Positions 22,891 to 34,800 of a DNA stretch of 64,000 bases are shown piece after piece. A model generated the notes under the pieces. The model was given only the letters and a program-made list of their open reading frames with translations. It did no database searches and was not told where the DNA came from. The DNA comes from Convolutriloba macropyga (Eukaryota), in assembly GCF_964194025.1 (NCBI RefSeq), contig NC_134472.1:64914001-64978000 (forward strand), written 5' to 3'. Made by a program: the position numbers and the translations under genes. Position 1 is the first letter of the stretch. Each line of letters starts with the position of its first letter.

Positions 22891-25800
22891 AATATTATGC
22901 TACATGTAGGCCTGGAAGCTAGAGAAGTTCTAGATTGTTCTGCAGTTCCAGATTTCGAGACACTGTGGGCGTTGTTTTGTTTCCCAATTCCTACGGCCGA
23001 AACTTGAAGCCTGCCATCGCCAAGATTATCATCACAGGTTCTCTCATCAGCCTGATTACAAAGAGGGTCCTCACTTCTCTGCCAATTTTCTCTATTTAAT
23101 AGGTCGCTGTCAGAATTTTGTGGCCTTCTGACAAAAGGTGGCGGAATCGAACTGGGAGCGTCACTTTCAGAAGTGTAACCCGATTCACCGTTTGAATTCT
23201 TAACCGGGGTTTGATTTCTTAGCAATATTGGACTCTGCACTCCGTTGTTGATCTCGTTTTCAATCATGTCACAAATGGGATCCCTTTCTGATGATTTTTT
23301 ACAACGCCTTTTCACTGATGATCCGGACCGACTGGTTCCACGCTTGCTTTGTTGACGTTCCAATTTTTTCAATGCTGTCACGACCGAATTCCGCTCAGAC
23401 GAATCCGAGGATGAAGCGAGCTCGGTTGACATTTGGCGGGTTTCGAGGAACTCGTTAGGGTCCAATCCAAACTCTGGCTCGAAATACATTTCACTTTTTC
23501 TGGTTGCTGATAACAATTGTGTTCCGCTCCTTGTTTCACATCGATTTTCTAAATTTAGCAAGTCTTCACTGTTGTTGATTTTTACACTTCGAACAAAAGC
23601 AGCTTTGTGTAGAGCGTTGTTTCTGGGTTTTACCGGAGCCGTCAAAATCAGACTTCGGCCTAAAGTTTCTGCGACTATTATTTTGTAGTCATCTTCTTTG
23701 TCTTTCGTTTCTTCGTCCTTTATTGTAGGCAGCGGGATTTCGTACGCAATTGGAGCTGAATACGACGAACTCTTGAACGGCGATGAGTGAAAACTGGGCA
23801 CGATAGACAAGTACTGTTCTGTTACAGCGGGTGTTTCGCAATCAAATTCATTTGCACCTTGCTCAAGGTCATCAATTTCAGTGGACGAAAAACTTAGCAT
23901 AGGATGATGTTGGTCAACTTCACTCGAGGGAAGTGAGAAGTTCAATTTGTAGTCTGATAGATTGAAGGAATCCTGGGAAGATGAGGTTGTGATGGACGGG
24001 AAGGATGTCTGTGTTAGTTTGTTGGTGGTTCCCAAATTGTCCGGAAGTTGAAGCGAATTTGGATCGTTCATATTGTCAAGAGATTTCGGAGACTCTTTCC
24101 TTTCAGATGGCAGCGGCTCCAGTAGATATCCGCTGTTTGTTGATTCCAAGTTATGCGTGTCGATTGACGATGATGGACAGTCTAGCGGACTTCTAGCAGT
24201 TGCAGCAGAATTTTGGTCGCCCAAGTTGGCATAAGAATTCAACTTTTCCGTGCTTTTTTCATGACTGTCAACTTTAATTTGCGGAGCATTTTGACGAACT
24301 GAAAACGAATCAGTTTCAAGATCGTTGTTAGGATGATCTCCAGAACTGTCCATGCCAATTTGTTCTGTCTTGAAAAACCCTCCTGTGGCAAGATGTTTGT
24401 CTGCATCAGTTGGATATGAGTCAATCAATTGGTCACAAGGTTGTTTTCCAGACTTATTGTCATCCAGTGGACTTACTGCATGTTCAGGATCGACAGGTTC
24501 CTCGAGTTCTGTCGGTTCCAAATCATCGTCGTCCGTCACGAATTCTTGATTTTCAGATGTACTTGTTTCTTCTAATTGTGATTGATCGTTATCTAGTGAT
24601 AGAGGTTCTGAAGGTATTTCACACTTGGCACTCATAAAAGCACTTTCTAATTCATCTCCGTCATCGTTTCTAGCTTCCGAAAGATCGCCAAAATGAGATT
24701 CCTCATCCTTATTCACTTCTTTGAGTGAAATGAAATTTGACTCTGAATAGCCATTTTGTGAAACTTCGTCTGATTTCGGAATGCTCTGACCTTCACTATC
24801 GAGAACTTTTGTACCCGATTCTGCACTTTGACTTCTACCAATTTCAGACCCATCTGTTACAGTTATCAACTTTTTGGTATCTGCGTTGCCGTCTTCCACT
24901 TCGCACGGTTCAAAATTGACATCTTGTACATTGTTTGCTTTATCTTTGAGCTCCAATTTGACGTCTGATCTTGACTCATACTCTCTCCGTGTAGCTAGAG
25001 TCGATTCGTCATCAACATGAGAACAGCGAGAAGTCAGTCGTTCCTTTCTCGTCTTCAGATCTCCAAGAATCAGCTCATCTTCAATTCTGTTCTCACTTGG
25101 TTGAGGGTTATGACGTTCTTTGTCTATTTCTAACCTCAGTTTCGAGATGATCTCAGCAGAATCAGATCTTCCTTCACAGTTTTCAGTTTCCATTTCAGGG
25201 TCACAGTCTGAAGTTGCTGTGCTGTCTCTTGGTGGCATTTCATAATCTTCGCCAGCTTTTCCATCTGAGGGATTTCCAGATTCAGCATCTTCCGAAGTCT
25301 TGCAATCATTGCGATAATCTAAGATCTGTTTCACATCCAATGGGCCCTCTAATAGATCTGAAGTTCCCTGCTCTTCTACAGAATCAGAAGGCAAATTTTC
25401 ATCCTCAGAGATGCAGACACTTTCTCCAGATGGCTCGAATGTTCCCGGATGATTAGTGCTATTGACCTCTGAAGAACAGCTATTCATCTCTGCCGTCCTA
25501 TCATTTTCCAAATTTGAGGTCAAGTTGTCTGTTTCCAGCTCGTGAGAATATTCGGCTTCTTCGGACCTGTTGACATTTGGATAACCAATTTCATCAGAAG
25601 AAGAGTTCTCATTAACTTCATCTGAACTTTGATGGACGTCAAGGAATTTATTCCTAGAATTCAAATTGACAGTTATCGCTGGATTCTTTTCGTCGCCAAC
25701 GTCTGAATTATCTCTGCCGTCGGATGAAACCTCTACATGCTTGACATCATTCGGTTCATCCCGTTTCTTCTCAGCAACTAAGTTAGAATTCAGGTCAGTT

Positions 25801-28800
25801 GGCAACTGACAAGCATCACGTTCAGAATCACTCCATTTTTCACTTATTTCCCCAATTTCTAATTGATGATTTTGCTCAGCATCCCTTCCACTAGCGTCTG
25901 ATAAAATCACCAAGTCAATCGCTTCGTGAGATATCATTATATCATCCGTTTTTGTTGATTGCGAACTATCAACCCTGAGCTCCGAACATGTTCCATTAGT
26001 CTCTAAATCATTGAAATCTATTTCGTTTGTATTAGTTGTGTTCACATCATCAAATCGCTCAAGATCGATGTCCAGAACACTACCCACATACGACAATTCC
26101 GCGCCATCTTTTTCAGAACGTCGTGTCATTTCAACATCCTCGTTAGATTCTGATACTTTGTTGCCTGCACCGCGGGATCCCTTTCTCATTCTCGCTTGTT
26201 TTTCGACCAAATCTGCTTGCTGAAAAAGAATTTCGTCTTCAATGCTTTGATTTTGTACGACCGTTATTCTTGAGTCATCGGTAAGATCGTCGTGAACTTT
26301 TGTCGTGTCACTTGAATTGTCCTCTTTATTCAACCCGAACGAACTCGGACTGTCATTGTCTACAAACTGGCCCTTTTCAGTATAGTCCATTGCTTCGTCA
26401 AGATCATCTCCCGTCGACTTTGTGGAAGATTTCCTACAACCAAATCTTGATAGTTCATGGTCTGAATCACTGTGGTGCAAGGCCGGATCATCTGTATTGA
26501 ATGACTGATCAGTAGGTACGTCAAACCTTTGAATTTCATTACCCGCATGGTCTGTGATTTCAGGGACTCCGTTGATATTAAAGTTTTCGACTGGTTTTAA
26601 GGAGTTTGGGTCAACAACGTTGCCTGCAGGGTCCTGATCTTGCAAACATTTTGTTGGTTGCTCATAGCTATTTTCAAAATCATCGGTGTTGTCTTTGGCT
26701 TCTTTGGTTTCAGCTTCCTCTCCAGTAAGTTGACCTGAGCAACTTCCAGCAAATAAAGGATTAGATTCTCCAACGCCTTCATTGACTAATTTTGAATCCA
26801 CATCAAGCTCGACCCTAGATAGAAATTCACTTCCGTTTTCATCATGATTTGATTCTTGTTCTTCAGTTTCACTCGGAGTTTCAGTGTTAGTTAAAAGATC
26901 GTCGATTTCATTCATATATGACAATTTATTCACTGTTTCTCGATTCCTTTTGACCAAATTTAGATCACTCGACGCCGATTCTTGAATTTCAGATTTCAAC
27001 ATCAATGGCTCGGTTGAAACGCCCGACTCGTTTTTCAGTTTGTCGAAATTCATCACGTTTGAATAATCTTGAGACCTGGGTACATTACTCTCACTTTCGT
27101 CGGCGAAATGACTCTCACTGTATTTCGTGTCGTGTGGCGGAATCAATTTCTCAGGCACTGCCAATCTTTCTTCGTTCTGATCTTTTTCAGTTTCAACAGT
27201 TGCGACATTTGATCCAGTTTGTCCTTTCAAGTTAGCATCCTCTTTATTGACATCTGTTACCGTTTCACCAGCAGAAGTTGTAGGTTCTATTTGTTCAGTC
27301 ATTTTCTTTGGTTTTGGTGAGCCCTTTTCAGTTTCGTCAACTGCAGCAAGATCTGGGTTCTGCATATTTGCCGAGTTAGCTTCAGATGTAAAAGCTTGGT
27401 CTTCAGATTCTTTTTCAGTTGATAATTCTTCTGTCAAATTTGGATCAATTTCTCTAGCATGAAAGTCCTGACTACCTTTAGTACGAGAATCTGCACGTGC
27501 ACCTTTGTGCTCTTCGCCTTTTAAGTCCAGAGATGAGATTTGAATGAAGGAGCTCAGGGGATCTGAACTTAGACTCGAACGACCATTGCTAATTGCACTT
27601 TTTGTCAAGTCACTTTCAGGTTCAAGTTGACAGACCAAAGACGGCTCTGAGCGGAATAGACGCTGGATAGTCGCATTCTTGTTTCCTGTTTTAAATGCAT
27701 CCGCGAATAAAGGAGGGGTACTAACAAACTTTTGCTCAAAAAGATGACTACTTATTTCAATTCCAATGTTATTATGGTGAACACGATCCGCATCGCCAGA
27801 GAACGAAGTCCGAAATGCATCTTGAACTGGGAATTGAATCTGGTCCAAGGGAGATCTAAACCCACCAGTGACATTTGGACCAATTATCGACATCGGCGGT
27901 GTTAGGCCAGTGGTTTCGGGTTGACTCGCTATCATTTGGAGTCCTTCACTTGTTTGAGGTTGAGATTGAGATACAGAAGTGTATGGCTTCTCACGTTCAG
28001 TGTTGCTGCAAAAGTTGTCAAAATTTACATCAGCTGTTAAATCATTCGGGTTGTCGTCGTTGGCGGCTAAATTAGTCAGACTGATGTTTGAGAAACGATT
28101 ATCGTTGTTGTGCAATTTGTTGTTTATTTCTCTGTGACTATCATCAATATCGTCAGTGACTTTGTTGGCAAGCTCTAACTTGGTGCAATTTGAGCTATCT
28201 GATGCAGTTTGTTGTAAGCTATCATCATTTGCAATGCAAACTGTTCCACTTTCCATATCCTCACCTGTGACGTCATTGGGATTTGTATTAAGCGAGAAGA
28301 AACCCGAATCATATTTGCTGTTAAGTGAGTTGAAATCAGGGTTAAAATGATTGTCGTTTGAAACTATACTTTCTGCCATGTTTGATTCATTGAACGAAAA
28401 ATTACAGTCATTTTCAGTTGAAAGATGCCATGAAGCCTTTGAAAGATTCGAATTTTGAGAAACTTGTTCAGAAATGCCAGGGACACAAAACAATTCAGGT
28501 TTTGATTGTTTCAATAATTTCTCCGAATAACTTGTAATTGATAAATTTTGATTTCCTAATGATTCTTTGCCAGCATTTGACTGCTCGTCCGTTGAATTAA
28601 GAGACGAGATTTTAGTTTCAGTCTTGTCTGATTTGCCTTCTATGTTTAACGCCTCATCATTAATGTCAGCTTTTTGATGAGAATTTTCAGTTGCTTCAAG
28701 ACTTGAGATTTTTGAAGATTCGCCACCGTTATTAACGTCAGTCAGGTTGTCAGTAACTGCGCTTTTGTGAAGCACTTTTTCCGAATAATCATCAACAGTT

Positions 28801-31800
28801 GAAATATTTTCGTTATCTATTTGAGAAACGTCTTCAGTGTCATTTCGGTTGGTTGCATGATCTTTTTCATAATCTGGCGAGATTTCAATTTGATGCTCTG
28901 TTACATTGATACCAGTAATCTTTGCGTCTTCGTCTATTGGTACTTTGTGCCATTCGGCAATGGTTGATGCACAAAATTTCTCTTTAATTTCTTCGTCAGA
29001 GTAACTTGTCATTTCGGGAATTAAGCTTGTAGTAACGCTAAATGGTACCGGAGCAAGGTTTTCAAAACTCAGCGTCGGTGAATTTTCTTCACTTTTAGAT
29101 TGTTGCCTCGCGTGTTTGAATTCATCTTCCATTTCCCGGTAATCCTCATCTAGTTTTAACTCAAGGTTGATGTCATCTTGATCGGCTGATTTTATTTCAT
29201 CCCCACCATCTACTTTCCTATCAATCTCAGTTTTCGCGCTCTCATTTGAAATCTTCGATAGGCTTTCAACATTTTCCCGATGTTCAGTGCCCAAAGCAGG
29301 CACTTCGCTTTTTCCAGAAACGTTTAGTTCCGACCCATTTGTTTTGCTTTTTTGAACTGGCGCAGTTAGTGTATTTTGATGACAATCTTTATGCGCGAAA
29401 CTATCGATATTCTTTACTCGATCGCTGCATGAATCATTTAACTTCTTTTCGGTTGGGTACAATTCTGAAAGGCAATCTTCACCCATTGTCAAATTTACAT
29501 TATCATTGTGTTCACTTGATTTGTTGTGAGTCTCTCCTATGACATTTTGACGATCAGGCGCTTTCTCTATATAATAATCGACTGCAATTTTGTTTGAAAT
29601 GTCTGTGGGCAATTGATCAGAAACAACAACCACACCAGCTTTTGCCGTTGAGGTCTTTTCATTTGAATCGTCAGCGGAAGAAACGGTACTGTCATTCAGG
29701 CCAATTGGAACACCAGTGAATTCTAGTTCAAGGTTGGACTGATCACTCTCATTTGCAGCAGAGACAGTCTTAGATGGTGAGAAATTAGATAGAGGTTCTT
29801 TTCTATGAGCAGACAAGCTTAAGTCAGCCGTGCATTCTGTGCTCTGATCAGGCAACGTATGCCATTCAGCGTTGACGAAATGTTCAAACTTTTCTGTGCT
29901 TTCTTCCTCTGAGAAACTTGTCAATTCAGGAATTGAAACCGCAGGCTTTCCAAAGAATTGGGGAATGGCCGAATCGGTCAGGGATTCGGGACTTTCGCTC
30001 AGAAACGGCATCCCGGAGTCGTGTATTATACCGCGAGCTTCGTGGTCCTGTTCAAACTCAAGTCCAAGTGTAACATCTGGAGCATCTGTATACTTCTCTT
30101 GATTCTCTGGCTTGTCATTTGATTCCCGTTTCAAGTTGATATCTGCACCCTCCTTGTAAGCGGTAAAGAGTTGCTCCTCTTTTGCGTTAGAATCAGAAAA
30201 ATTTCCTGCTTTAACAACTACATGTGTTTCAGAGCAATCGTTCAGGCTATTTGTTGCCGTTGACGACTCTTCATTTGAATTGTCGAAGGGAGAAACAGTA
30301 TAGTCCTTCTGGGCAATTGGAAAACTAGCTAATTCTGGTTGAACGTTAGGTATATCACTCTCAGAACTGTTTTCACGAGGAGATAAATCTAAGTTACACG
30401 TGTCATTTGAAGAAGCGTTGTCAGCCATATGCCAAGAAGCCTTCACAATTGATACAGATGCATCAATTAATTCTTCATCTCTGGAAGATGCAATTTCAGG
30501 GTCTTCACTTGAGAGCTTTTCATCAGACAGTGTAGTTTCAGTGCCATAATTTAAACACAACCTCAGGTCAAATTCACCAACCGGGCTCAACTGATGCTCC
30601 ATTTCAGACACGTGGTTCATATTCTGGATCTGAGCACCTCCCATTCCAGATGTGGGAAATAGCACTGATGTATCTTGCAAACTTGGGTCTGATGGCAAAC
30701 TACTTCTAGGTTCATTTGACCCTGCTGTTTCAGATAAGATTGCTTCTTCTTTAAGTGAGCTATCGTGCAATCTGTGCCATGCGGTGTCAACAATATTAAC
30801 CAACGTTTCATCATTTTCTGTCTCGGTGCCAATACTCAGAATTGGGTCCACATTTTGTTCGTTCGACGCCACTGTATCTTCGGGTTTGTAAGGCAAGTTT
30901 TCACTCATTGTCACGTTTGATTTCTCGGTTAGGCTAGGTTCTTGCGAAGATTTTTCTTGCATGCTCTGCCACGATTCGTCCTCAACTAATAGCTCAGTAT
31001 TTTCTGCCTTCTGTTCATTGACAATATCCGGTACCGGCATATAGTGAGATGTTAAATCTTTATTCATGTCAGAATCTTTATCGGAACATTCTCTCTGCTC
31101 ACTTTTCTGGACTGTAGAAGCCTCAATCAAACCAAGCTGATCAGAACGTGGCTCCTCAATTCTAGACTCAATGATACCTCTATGGTGTACAGTTGCTTCC
31201 AACTCGCTTACATCAGGCAATTGGGTATCAGACATGGTTTCCGATTTCTCGACCTTTTGATCGCTATTGCCACTTTCAGGCTGTTCGGTTTCTCCCGCAA
31301 CAACTTGAGTGTCATTACGTTGACCTTCACCGCCAGTCCCTGACTCTTTAACAAGCAGAGAAGTAGGTTCCTCTAGTGGCGATGATGACTCTTCCGCTGC
31401 TGACATTAGACTTGATAGTAAGATCGGACACGATGTATGGGCGATACTATTTTCAGGCAGATGGAACCATGCTGCATTGACGGACAAATTACTGTTTTCA
31501 TCAACACATTCATCGTTTACTTCAAAATCAGGAGCTCTAGTAACGGCTTCTTCTGCGGGAGTGATTGCAGGTTCAAGATTATCACAAACCACTGATGTCT
31601 TGTCAAGATTGGTTCTCTCGCGTGTTTCGTCGGAGTGCATTAAACCAGAGGCATCATCGTTAGGTTCCACCGCACTTGAAGCTCCAGTCGTCTCCGAAAC
31701 CTCTTCGTCCTCCACCGCAACATCTGAGTTTGAATCATCACGCTTCTCAATTTGTTCTTCGCTTTCAGAGACCTCTTCACGTGTACTGCTCTCGAGTTCG

Positions 31801-34800
31801 TTCAACCTCTGGTGTCGAGTTTCTTGGGTTTCGTTGAGCAATTGAATAGCTGGGCAATCATTCGTTACTTCGGGGAAAACCAAATTCTGCCCTCTATCTT
31901 GTACATTTTCAGCAGCCCAATTTTCCCATTCCTCCGATGCTACGTGAACTTTGCTTGCTGAGTTTGACGTTACTTGGCAGGACTCGAAAACATTTGGTTC
32001 TATGCAATCAAGCAACTGAAATGTATCGTTAGAAAAAGTCTCAGACCGTGATATGGATAGAATAGGTTCAGGGTCGCAGGATGTTATAATCGGGTGAGTA
32101 TTTGGCTGATCGATTTCCTTGACCAGGATATGCGAATTGGTTACTTGAATTCTATTAGCGCAACTGGACATTAGTGCTGTATCGTCAGTTTCTGATGCAA
32201 CTTTGCAGTCAATTGAAGTTTTGTCAAACGTCTTTTCGAAAGATGCAAAGTCCTTCTCTACAACTTTTCCGAAGGTTTGTAACCCCGCTTGTAGACTATT
32301 ACGAGAAGCAGAACATACTGGGGACAGTTGGGTGGGTGTTCGGACGTCTACGGGCGCAGATTCAATTGATGAGCTCAAATGAATTTTACTAGACTGTTCG
32401 TAAGAAGGGGTGTTGATTATAGTAGGATCATGACTGACAGCCAATTGCGGAGAAGCAGCACTGTTTGGCACTAATTGCAGAGCCTTTTCAAAAGTAATAG
32501 GGGGGTCAATAGTTTGAGGTTGATTAAAGCTATGAGATGATTGACTTAGGGGTGTGTTGGGATATGGGTTGATGGATGATGGCACTATATTGTACGGGAT
32601 GCTTGCCAAAATTTTAGGCGAAATATCTAACGAAATGATGCCTGGAGAATTGACATTTCCATCGCAAAAATGCTGGTCAGAAACTTCCAAAATAGGCAAA
32701 ATTGGTGTCGCACAGTCGGGCATGGTTTTGAGCAAGTTGTCAGAGTCGGTGGACTCAAAAGTTACGGCATCTAATAGTTTAGCTTGATCTATAGGTGGAA
32801 CATTAATGCACCTTTCCGCTTTTCTAACTATGAGCGAACCTTCAGTTCGAGGTCTAGATCCTGCAGACACAATTTCAGAAGTATTAACTCTGTTCAAATT
32901 CTTTACACAATTCGACATTGAGCCAGCTCCGATCTGAACTGGAAAGCCTTCGCTCAAAGAACATTCTGCTAACTCGATTGTCAATTTTTCATTTTCTTTG
33001 ACAGTCATATATTTAGGGTTGACATGGGTTGCTGAAATTTTTGCTACAGAAATCGTCGATCCATCATTCCCAACACTTAACATCGGGGGAACTTTCGCTG
33101 CTTCGACTTCTTTCACAATTATTTCACTTCTTGTTACTTCAAAAGGACCGCTCGACTTCATCAATTGGGAATTCGGATCGTTCAATTGGTTGCCTTCTTC
33201 AGAATTGCAAATAGCTTTACTCAAAATAGCATCATTACTGACCAATTTCAGGTGCTGATTCGAATTAATTTCACTCTTTCCCACAAATTTCAGTGAAACA
33301 TTAGGAGTAACTTCGGCCATTGCGGTTTTAAAATCCATCTTATTTGACTTCAACACTGGAGAGACTCCAGCTGTTTGGATTTGACTTTCGCCCTTCAATT
33401 TACTCGTGTCGTAAACGAGACAACTGTTCTCCATGCTGCCGACATTTTCTCCGTTCTCAACTATGCTATGCTGACCAAAGAGTTCTTGGTCACAAAATGG
33501 CGACGAGGCATCAAATTTGGGAAGATTTATGGAAGCACTGCTTTTAACAACTAGAGCACCTTCAATTGGTATTTTTGGATTGTCTATTGGTCTTACTTCG
33601 ATCACTGTTCCATTCTCTGGTGTTTCGTCCAGTTTTCTGTCATCACCAGCAACTTCTTTTGCGCTTTCATCCTGATCCGCACTGAAGCACTGACAATGGC
33701 TAGCTTCGGCACAGCAATCAACACACGTGACTGCAAATTTACATCCTTTGCTGAATTTTAGATCTGACGTAACCAAACTAGCCTTGCATACATTTACCAC
33801 GTTGGTCTCGCGTGAACATTTGTCTTGGTCAAATTCAGAGTTGATCGCAGTTTTTAGAACAGGAGCATCAATCTCTTTGACTAAAATGGAGCCGTCTTCA
33901 ATTTCGCTCTTACATATAGAATCGCTTGCACGGACAATTCCCAAACTAGTAAATGTCTCTTCAGGACCCAGCGTTGGATTTTCCTTACTTGGAAAGTCAC
34001 TTTCTTTCGTGTTTTCCGCAATTGAATTCCAAATGTTTTCTAATTTTTCTGAGGCCGATTCCTCAACTGGTTTTTGTTCCGATACTTGCCTCAATTCAGA
34101 ACCACAATTGAGTGACAATTCGGGACTCTTTCCTCGCTCGTCCACTGGAAAACCCCTTTGATCACCGTTTAGTGAGTCCAAGTGCCTTGAACTTAGGTCG
34201 TAACCATCAGCTGATTTATCAGTTGAAGAGAGAACATGCGTTATGACATCGGAATCACTCTTAAAGTCCGCGTCCTTCCAAAGCGAATCACGGCCGCTTG
34301 CTGACATGAAAATGGAGCTTGGATTGCTGCGCACTCTTCTCAGAGTAAACTCAAATCCATCTGTTTGAGAAATCGTTGAGTCTTGCATCTTGCCAACTCC
34401 GTTTTCTGCTGCTTCTTGCGCAGACGAACCATGAATGCGGTTGCAGCTCCTGCTTTGAACCCTTTTCAACTTCTCTTCGAGGGACACGAATTCAGACTTC
34501 ACCATGGGATTGCAACTGCCAGCAACATAATCACCGAATTTTGTTGAGTCAAAACATTTTCGTGGATCTTCCTGACTTTCGTTTGTGGAATTGTCTATAT
34601 TTGTTCGATCATTCATCAGTACAGTCATAATTTTGCCATCACTGATAATGTTCTTCTGGTGAAGAACGGCTTCCGTTTTTGACATCTCAGAACTTCCCAG
34701 TAACACGTCACAATTTGCATCAAACAATTTTATTTCCGAGTCTTTGGTACCTTTTTTATCCGCTAAGCTATGAGATAAAAAATTTTCTTCCAAATCCATA

